DNA from: an uncultured virus (IMG/VR IMGVR_UViG_3300035191_000065)
Taxonomy: Duplodnaviria; Heunggongvirae; Uroviricota; Caudoviricetes
Reading direction: 5' to 3' (one strand)
Virus record (IMG/VR): IMGVR_UViG_3300035191_000065
DNA: 41,556 nt
This document shows positions 34,938 to 41,556 of the stretch, piece by piece. Under the pieces are notes generated by a model. The model saw only the letters and a list, made by a program, of their open reading frames with translations, was not told the origin of the DNA and ran no database searches. Numbering within the stretch: position 1 is the stretch's first letter; each line of letters starts with the position of its first letter. The translations under genes were made by a program, and so were the position numbers.

Positions 34938-35984
34938 ATGGCGCTGAGAGTCAAGATTCCCTGTGAGCTGGTCGAAGAAGGCGAGGTCGAAGCGATTGTC
35001 TCTCTCGATGACCCCTACAGCAACTCATTTCTCGTCGAACTGCCAGAAGAGATCGACGTGGATGAGCACCTCACCCTCGCCGAGATGGGCTACGATCTCC
35101 CCGACTGCGTCCAGTTCAAGGTGGACGTCGAGAAGGGTCATGGTCTCAGAAACATCTTTTCCAAAGAGGAGTACTTCCAGGCATTCTTCGAGGCCATCGA
35201 GGCGCAGGGACCGCAGGCAATCGGAGACAAGGAGACCTGGGAGGTCGACGAAGAAGCTGTCGCTGGTGCATTAGCTATTCTTCTCGTAGATGCGATGGCC
35301 CATGGCTCGGACGTCAAGACGGACATGGACTTCGAGCTGGTTGTTGAGATCATCAAAGAACACTGGGAGGGGTTCTTCAAGACAAACGCCTACCATGACA
35401 AGGAGATGGAGCTGGTTCGGCTCGCCTACGAGAATGAGGAGCATGACTTCATCAAAAAGCTCGATGAGGTCACCCAGTCGACGCTATACGAGGTGAACGT
35501 ACAAGAGACGTCGTCTTCGGACGGCCCAGGACATGCGAAGGTCATGGGGTTCGTCACACTGACAGTCGGTGAGGAGACCGTAGATGAGTGGGACGTTTGT
35601 TATCTCGGATACGTAGACCTCGAAATGCTCGATTGGGAAGTCGAGCAGTGCGACGAGCACGGGGAGCCCACGGCGACGGCCGAAGATTTTCTCGACACTA
35701 TGGGAGAAGGAACGGACTTCGAGTCCGAGTTTCGTCTTTACGAACCTGATGTCCCCTACGATGAGGGTGAGGGCCGATATTCGGTTTTCGTTAACGATGT
35801 AAGGGTCGCGACGTTTGACGACTACAGCGATGCTGACAACCTCTTTGACGCCCTCGAAGATTCAAGGGACGTGCAGAACAAGCATGACTCCATTGCTTTG
35901 ATGGAACTCGACGACGAGCTAGATCCTGAAGAGGACGACATCGACCTCGACGATCCAGGTAACTACTTCACGATGAGGTCGTAG
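34938..35984 (+). CDS. LxEMGY-module protein 10 (acidic; close paralog of 11)
   Basis: IPCEL..IDVDEHLTLAEMGYDLPDC. Confidence 0.85.
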   Translation: MALRVKIPCELVEEGEVEAIVSLDDPYSNSFLVELPEEIDVDEHLTLAEMGYDLPDCVQFKVDVEKGHGLRNIFSKEEYFQAFFEAIEAQGPQAIGDKETWEVDEEAVAGALAILLVDAMAHGSDVKTDMDFELVVEIIKEHWEGFFKTNAYHDKEMELVRLAYENEEHDFIKKLDEVTQSTLYEVNVQETSSSDGPGHAKVMGFVTLTVGEETVDEWDVCYLGYVDLEMLDWEVEQCDEHGEPTATAEDFLDTMGEGTDFESEFRLYEPDVPYDEGEGRYSVFVNDVRVATFDDYSDADNLFDALEDSRDVQNKHDSIALMELDDELDPEEDDIDLDDPGNYFTMRS

Positions 35985-35986
35985 TC

Positions 35987-37030
35987 ATGGCGCTGAAGGT
36001 CACAATACCCTGCGAGCTGTATGACGAGGGCAACGTCATCGTGCACATCACAGCCGACACCAGAACAGGTGAGATGCTCGTCGAGCTTCCTCCGGAGATC
36101 GATGTCGAAGAGCATATCGTGCTCGACGAGATGGGCTACGACCTTCCCGACTGTATCGGTTTCAAAATCAGCGTTGAGAAGGGCGGCATCGTCAGCATCT
36201 TCAAAAAGCAAGGTCGATTCGAGCCATTTATGGAAGCAATCTACGATCAGGGTGTTGAAACACTCGGTGATGAGTATCCGGTCGACGATGAAGACTTTGC
36301 CGAGGTGTTGATGGATTTTTTGGTTCAAGAAGTTGCGATGACCAATATTCGTAGCGAGATGGATAACGATGTCATCCTCGAAATCATCAAGGACAAGTGG
36401 CCAGAGTTTTTTCAAACCAGAGGATACCTCGATCGAGAGATGGAGCTGGTATCGTCCGCTTACGAGCAGGAGGATATTGATTTCATAAAGAGGCTAGACC
36501 CCGCGACGAACTCGACCCTTTACCGGTTGGAGTTTGGAACTCCGAAGTACGAAAAAGGCGCCGGACACATCAAGGCTGAGCTGCTGGTTGAGCTTCATGT
36601 CGCTGATGAGATAGTAGAGGACATCAACGTCTGCTTTGAAGGATGGTTCAACGATCTTGTCGGTCTTGGCTGGGACGTGGATGAGTGCGAAAACTCAATG
36701 AGCCTCAGCGACAACGCCGCTCACCTGCTCGAAGTCATGGGGGAGAATACAGACTTCGAAGACTACCTTGACCTGGAAGAGCCGTGGCTTCCCTACTGCA
36801 ACGAGGACAAGGGCTACTTCTCTGTTTTTGTCGATGGAGAACGCGTGATGACATGTTGGGGCCAGGAGGACGCGGAGTTTCTTTTCGACGCCCTGCGCGA
36901 TGCCAAGGACTACAAGTCTCAGGGGGCCGAGATCGAGCTGATGGCGATCGACCCGGATGAGTGGAACCCCGAGGAAGACGACATCAACTACGACGACATG
37001 TACTACTATTACGAAATCAGGAGCGGATAG
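35987..37030 (+). CDS. LxEMGY-module protein 11 (acidic)
   Basis: IPCEL..IDVEEHIVLDEMGYDLPDC; collinear with protein 10. Confidence 0.85.
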   Translation: MALKVTIPCELYDEGNVIVHITADTRTGEMLVELPPEIDVEEHIVLDEMGYDLPDCIGFKISVEKGGIVSIFKKQGRFEPFMEAIYDQGVETLGDEYPVDDEDFAEVLMDFLVQEVAMTNIRSEMDNDVILEIIKDKWPEFFQTRGYLDREMELVSSAYEQEDIDFIKRLDPATNSTLYRLEFGTPKYEKGAGHIKAELLVELHVADEIVEDINVCFEGWFNDLVGLGWDVDECENSMSLSDNAAHLLEVMGENTDFEDYLDLEEPWLPYCNEDKGYFSVFVDGERVMTCWGQEDAEFLFDALRDAKDYKSQGAEIELMAIDPDEWNPEEDDINYDDMYYYYEIRSG

Positions 37031-37032
37031 CC

Positions 37033-38163
37033 ATGTCTCCCATCCACGCAACTCTGACCCTGAACCTTTGGGACGAAGACAACGAGGAAGTGGTTCCCGT
37101 CGAGGTGCACTACCTCATGGATCGCACCCTGGACGTGGGCGATTTCGATCTGGAAGAAGCTATCGTCCTCGAAGAGATGGGCTACGAAACCTCGCCGGTT
37201 CTTGGAATCGTCAGGGCGCTAGAGAAGTACGAGAAAGATTTTTTCGACGCGCTCAAGAAGGTGAGGCCGAGGACCAAGCTCACGGCTGAACAAACAGCAC
37301 AGCTCGTCTCCAAGATTCTCTTCAAGCGGTTCTTCGAGGGGACCGATTCCGACGAGTCCGACTGGGATGCACAAGAAGCTCACTACGCGATCCTTGGCGA
37401 AGACGAATACGTGAGGCAAGGCATCCTCCTGCTCAAGGATCGCATCGCTGAGGAGCAGGCAGGGAAGAGATTTTACGGAAAAGGTGAATCGGGCGAGGTC
37501 GCGCAGATGCTTGAGCCCTACCTCGTCGAACCAGACCACATGGAGGTCGAGGTTCGTCATCAGGGCTATCGCGACGTCTACGATCCGAATGTCATGTCAT
37601 GGAACAACATCCTCGATGCTCGCTACTGTCTTGTCATCTCGGACATCGAGGTTGCGTGCTGGTCTCGCACCCTTGAATTCAGGATATATGACCCCGTCGG
37701 ATTCAACGGGGAGGTCGTTGACTGGGGCGAGGAGTGGGGCATCGAAGAAGCGAAGCTGCCCGATAACGTCAGCGGTGTGCTGAATGAGCTTGGCCTTGAC
37801 GAGCCTGAGCTGGAAGACCCAGAGCCGCCCGATTATCCCATGAAGGCGACAGCCAAAGATCCCCATCCTTGGCACGGGGTGCTCTACGAGATTGACCCAG
37901 CGGGATGGAAGCCTGACGCACCCGTTGAATACACGGTCGTTCCGTATGACACGCTATTCCATGCCACCGAGGCGAAGGAACTTTCGGAGACGATTGTCGA
38001 ACATGAAGGCGACTCCCCAATCCGTGCGATGTGGCTGGTAAGAGAAAAGTCCGCAGATGAGCGTCGCGAGGATGAATTGCTGGAAAGACAGGGTGTTCTT
38101 TTCGAGTTCGAGGAGCCTCCGGAATGGACCAAAGACTGGGTCATACTGGAGGACGAGGATTAG
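37033..38163 (+). CDS. LxEMGY-module protein 12 (acidic)
   Basis: ATG 37033, 2 nt after the upstream stop; DFDLEEAIVLEEMGYETSP. Confidence 0.85.
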   Translation: MSPIHATLTLNLWDEDNEEVVPVEVHYLMDRTLDVGDFDLEEAIVLEEMGYETSPVLGIVRALEKYEKDFFDALKKVRPRTKLTAEQTAQLVSKILFKRFFEGTDSDESDWDAQEAHYAILGEDEYVRQGILLLKDRIAEEQAGKRFYGKGESGEVAQMLEPYLVEPDHMEVEVRHQGYRDVYDPNVMSWNNILDARYCLVISDIEVACWSRTLEFRIYDPVGFNGEVVDWGEEWGIEEAKLPDNVSGVLNELGLDEPELEDPEPPDYPMKATAKDPHPWHGVLYEIDPAGWKPDAPVEYTVVPYDTLFHATEAKELSETIVEHEGDSPIRAMWLVREKSADERREDELLERQGVLFEFEEPPEWTKDWVILEDED

Positions 38164-38166
38164 CAG

Positions 38167-39318
38167 ATGCCACTGACAATCATATTGCCCTTCGAGGAAG
38201 AAGACGGAGAAGATATCGACGTCGAGATCGATATTTCAGCGGACGGTACCATCGAAGTCCGCGGCTACGATATCGAAAATGCGCTCACCCTCAATGAGAT
38301 GGGCTACGAAGTCGAGGACGAGCCGTTCGAGTTCTACCAGGCGTTCACGGAAGGTGCGGAGGGTGGTCCCGTCACTGCGCTCAAGAACCTTCTCCTGCAC
38401 GGCGTCTATGACGACGATTGGGCAGATGCCCTAGCCGATGCTATCGAAGAGCAGGGCATTGAAGAGTACGGCCCAGAGTTCAAAGCAGAAAAACTGTTCA
38501 GCGTGCTCATCGAGCAGCAGCTCAAGGGCAAACGAGATGTCGAAGACTTGATCGTCTCTGTGATTGGTGAGGACCGATTCAAGGAACTGCTGATCGAGCG
38601 GCTGAAGCAAGAGGCTGGAAAACACGGCTTCGATGGCGTCTATGCTGAAGAGCTTGCCAGCCTGCTTTCGACGAGGCTTGAAGAGGGCGCTCGCATAGAG
38701 TCCTCGTGCTTCCACGCCTACGGACTTGAGGACTGGGAAAGCCGGCTCGATTGCGAGTACACCCTTGTTGTTGACAATGAAGATATCGCTAGTTGGAAGC
38801 GGGCGATCGAGAAGCGAATCTTCGATCCTATTCACTTTTATAGCGAAGCCACTGACTGGGAAGAGTATGACGCCGCTGGACACACCATTGGTCAGGGGTT
38901 GTCAGATGCTCTCAATGGCCTTGGACTGGAAGAGCCCGGTCCTGAAGAGGAGGAGGTCGAAGAACCAGACCACCCCACGCCGGCCGATGACGAATTTCTG
39001 GCGGACTACGGTGTCCTCTACACCATCTACGACACGAAGTGGGTTTCAGGTGAGGGCGACGTTCGCCTTGGCGTCGATGAGGAGGTCGTCGTTGCCTATA
39101 ACGAGCTTCACGAAGCGAGAGACGCAGTGTGGCTTTCCGAGGCGATCATCAGGCGCGACGGTGAACAGAAGAAGTATGACATCGCGCTGCTGCGCAAGAA
39201 GACTGACGAGGAGATAGAGGAGGAAGAATTTCGGGCGCGACAGGAGTCACTGTTCGAGGAGGAAATTCTTGACCGTCCAGACTGGATGGATGAGTGGGCT
39301 CTATTGGAGGATGAATGA
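38167..39318 (+). CDS. LxEMGY-module protein 13 (acidic; paralog of 12)
   Basis: GYDIENALTLNEMGYEV; shares RI[YF]DP, LGL.EP, GVLY, RQ..LFE and P.W...W..LEDE with protein 12. Confidence 0.85.
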   Translation: MPLTIILPFEEEDGEDIDVEIDISADGTIEVRGYDIENALTLNEMGYEVEDEPFEFYQAFTEGAEGGPVTALKNLLLHGVYDDDWADALADAIEEQGIEEYGPEFKAEKLFSVLIEQQLKGKRDVEDLIVSVIGEDRFKELLIERLKQEAGKHGFDGVYAEELASLLSTRLEEGARIESSCFHAYGLEDWESRLDCEYTLVVDNEDIASWKRAIEKRIFDPIHFYSEATDWEEYDAAGHTIGQGLSDALNGLGLEEPGPEEEEVEEPDHPTPADDEFLADYGVLYTIYDTKWVSGEGDVRLGVDEEVVVAYNELHEARDAVWLSEAIIRRDGEQKKYDIALLRKKTDEEIEEEEFRARQESLFEEEILDRPDWMDEWALLEDE

Positions 39319-40055
39319 TCTTCGAGGTCGAATGCGGTGGGGAGGAGTACGATGTCGAGCTGAAGCCCGACGGTGAGATCCTCACTGATTATCCTTTTGA
39401 GGAAGAAGCAACGCTCGTCGAGATGGGATATGAGCCATCCGAGTGCTTTTCCAAGTTCGTTTTAATCGACAATTGGCCAGTGCAGTTCCTGATCGAGTTC
39501 ATAGTGCAGTCACGCACCCTGACCGTGCTCCTCGGTTTGGATTTCGCTGAGTATGTCATCCCTGTTTTTGGCCGTCTTTATCCCGATGAGCTTACAGCGC
39601 TGCTGCGGAAAGCCGTGAGTATCGGTCGCGAGAAAGCTGTTTCAGGGGCTTCGTTCCAGGCCCTCATAGATGCAAAGGCGCAGGTTCAGAAAATAGAAAG
39701 AAAATTTGCCAGAGAATACGAATATCCAGGGAAACCATCTCGATACACATCGATGATGACATTGGTCGGCAAGCAGGTCGGTAATGGGGCCACGATGTCA
39801 GTCCGTCAAGCTCTCAATGCTGTCCAGAGGTTGGTTGGCTCGGGGGGTGTGCTTCCAATCAGAGGAGGCGTCTTCGGGGCATCGAATTACGCCCACATCA
39901 ACGCGTCAATGTTCCCATCTTGGTCAAAAAAGACAACGCTATGGCAGATCAAACGCATCTACAAGGTGATGGACGCTGAGTTGAAAGGCAAACCGTACCC
40001 CCAAATGACGTTTCCGTCCGTGATGCCCTGGGAAACGGGAGACTTTGGACGATGA
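39315..40055 (+). CDS. LxEMGY-module protein 14 (Imm5-like helical C-domain)
   Basis: VECGGE..EEEATLVEMGYEPSEC; LDFAEYVIPVF..YPD; LWQIKRI. Confidence 0.8.
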   Translation: MIFEVECGGEEYDVELKPDGEILTDYPFEEEATLVEMGYEPSECFSKFVLIDNWPVQFLIEFIVQSRTLTVLLGLDFAEYVIPVFGRLYPDELTALLRKAVSIGREKAVSGASFQALIDAKAQVQKIERKFAREYEYPGKPSRYTSMMTLVGKQVGNGATMSVRQALNAVQRLVGSGGVLPIRGGVFGASNYAHINASMFPSWSKKTTLWQIKRIYKVMDAELKGKPYPQMTFPSVMPWETGDFGR

Positions 40056-41140
40056 ATTACTCGGGCGTCGAATTCGTGATCGACGAGAGCGACCTCATCT
40101 CGGAGATGGTCTTCTGCTACGTCTCACAGGAAGGACTCGACGTCGCCGGCTACACACAGGAGGAGCTTGAGGAAGAGATCGTACTCGGCGAGATGGGTTA
40201 CGAGCTGTCGCCGATTGCAGAGCTTGTCCAGAGCTACAACGAACACGGGCTCGCTGCATTGTTCGTCGACCCAGGGAGGCTCAACTCGTTCTTGGAGAAC
40301 GCGGACCCGAAAACGATCGAGGCGCGGTACGGTCCAGAGTGGGAAGAGGACATCACCGAGGCGGTGTTTCACATTGTCAATTATTTCGAGGTGGACTGGG
40401 AAAACCAACGAGACATCTTGAAGAAGCTCGGCGGGCTCGTCAGTCAGACGACAGTGTTTGAAATACGTCCTGAGGATGGTGGAAATATGACCATCGAGGA
40501 GGGGGCCGAAATGCCTGGTTCCTTGGTGGAGGGAAAGTGCCGGGCATCTCTGCAGATTGGCGGCAAAGAGGCGGTCTCCTGGAATGAGTGGTATTACGGC
40601 AAGTACGAGGGAGACTTCGTCAACGATAGCGTCGAGTGGTCATCTGGCCTGGATGACGAGACTACCTTCAAAGAGCTGGATGAGCAGCGCAACCTGAAGG
40701 CATTGCTCAACGGGATCACGGGCGGATACAAGGGGTCGTGCGAGCTGGAGGAGCCCTGGGTCTATCAAGGCTGGGAGTACTCTCCGCTTGAAGGACAGCA
40801 TGACGGGCGATGGGCCGTGTCCATCGCTGAACCCTTTGAAATCTTCTTCGCTTACTACAACAGCGAAGAGGCTGCTCGTGCAGCGCTTGACTACATTGAT
40901 CGGTTTATTGTCAATCCCCGTAGTGGGAGCTGGGTACGATTCGTGTTGCGTGCGAAAAAAACAAACCCTTCCCCTCCGGTGTTTGAAATTGATGACGACT
41001 TCGACTACATGGACCCCGGCAAGATCTTTATGGTGAGTCCAGACTGGGAGATTGTCTCTAAAACACGAAAGATTACCCGCCATAAGAGCGCTGGAGGAGC
41101 AAAGTTATCAAGTAAGTCGTTCTGGGTAGAGGTGGACTGA
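40052..41140 (+). CDS. LxEMGY-module protein 15 (acidic)
   Basis: LEEEIVLGEMGYELSP; LQIGGKEAVSW..LEEPW..GRWAV resembles proteins 10 and 11. Confidence 0.85.
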   Translation: MNYSGVEFVIDESDLISEMVFCYVSQEGLDVAGYTQEELEEEIVLGEMGYELSPIAELVQSYNEHGLAALFVDPGRLNSFLENADPKTIEARYGPEWEEDITEAVFHIVNYFEVDWENQRDILKKLGGLVSQTTVFEIRPEDGGNMTIEEGAEMPGSLVEGKCRASLQIGGKEAVSWNEWYYGKYEGDFVNDSVEWSSGLDDETTFKELDEQRNLKALLNGITGGYKGSCELEEPWVYQGWEYSPLEGQHDGRWAVSIAEPFEIFFAYYNSEEAARAALDYIDRFIVNPRSGSWVRFVLRAKKTNPSPPVFEIDDDFDYMDPGKIFMVSPDWEIVSKTRKITRHKSAGGAKLSSKSFWVEVD

Positions 41141-41556
41141 TGGGACTCGTCCTGAGGATGCCAGAAGATGGCAAGCGCATCGAGCTGCTTCCAGGCCGCT
41201 GGATCGGCAAGACCGACTTCAGTGACGAGGACGCCGAAGAAGCGCTGGTCCTCGAAGAGATGGGCTATCCGCTGCCGCTGTGGGCTCGCATCACAAGGGC
41301 CTACACCGAGCATGGAATAGATGATGGTATCGCCACCGACATCGAGATGATCCGCGTCGTCGACGATGCGGTTCAACAACAGGGAATCGGCAAAAAATGG
41401 ACGGGAGACGAGCCCGCGGAGCTGATCGAGCTTGGTTGGAGGCGAAACTTCATCGAGCGGGCCATCGAGCGAGGGCACGACGACGGCGTCTACATCGGGC
41501 AGAGGAAGATGCCACTCGAAGAGGCTGCAGAGCTGTGGGTAACGGAGGCAAGGAGC
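41140..41556 (+). CDS. LxEMGY-module protein 16 (3' truncated; not in the ORF track)
   Basis: TGATG coupling. My translation: MGLVLRMPEDGKRIELLPGRWIGKTDFSDEDAEEALVLEEMGYPLPLW..., open to the window end. Confidence 0.85.
   Translation, partial: MGLVLRMPEDGKRIELLPGRWIGKTDFSDEDAEEALVLEEMGYPLPLWARITRAYTEHGIDDGIATDIEMIRVVDDAVQQQGIGKKWTGDEPAELIELGWRRNFIERAIERGHDDGVYIGQRKMPLEEAAELWVTEARS

Noticed and set aside
7802..37032. Longer ORF-track starts (7802, 8422, 13137, 13460, 15090, 16335, 21626, 22671, 23330, 36961)
   Set aside because: They overlap upstream genes extensively. Downstream ATGs match family leaders, SD sites or stop-start coupling.
113..41478. Numerous minus-strand and alternative-frame ORFs (e.g. 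10453..11583, 25811..26830, 28227..29186)
   Set aside because: They lie wholly over a gap-free, motif-supported + strand gene set. They are shadow ORFs expected in GC-rich DNA.
1..41556. CRISPR array, tRNA, rRNA, IS or integrase, reverse transcriptase (DGR)
   Set aside because: No regularly spaced repeats, no intergenic space large enough except 3181-3300, and no catalytic motifs seen.
1..41556. Stop-codon reassignment or fragmented large genes
   Set aside because: TAA, TAG and TGA all end genes whose successors begin with their own conserved leader, usually in another frame.
1..41556. Assignment to a specific virus family or host
   Set aside because: No capsid, portal, terminase, packaging ATPase or polymerase is recognisable in this window. 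The AAA+ proteins are MoxR-like, not FtsK/A32-like.

Overview
A densely packed, entirely + strand region of about 54 genes, many translationally coupled (ATGA/TGATG overlaps) with GGAG-type ribosome-binding sites. It has no housekeeping genes and looks like part of a large virus or mobile element. No capsid, terminase, integrase or replication hallmark is visible, so that origin is an inference. Three blocks: (1) 1-2797, glycan-modifying enzymes (three GT2-like domains, one fused to a sulfotransferase). (2) 2830-23414, about 29 uncharacterised membrane-anchored proteins built from recurring parts: an M-x(0-1)-YEY..G[ML]G or GCLGC..G-L-G leader, a Cys-rich module ending in CC(P), Asn-Gly linkers, a TM helix with a basic tail, and often an N(P) motif just after the TM. 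(3) 23411-end, two paralogous MoxR/AAA_5-type ATPases fused to the same leader + TM + NP architecture and a HExxH/vWA partner. These are embedded in an array of at least 16 proteins sharing a 40-55 aa N-terminal module ending in L-x-E-M-G-Y, followed by variable C-terminal domains. This ATPase-vWA-LxEMGY array is the best candidate for an undescribed system. A 13-bp palindrome (CRTCCTSAGGAYG) sits beside promoter-like elements in three intergenic gaps. All family names come from motifs recognised by eye; no searches were run.
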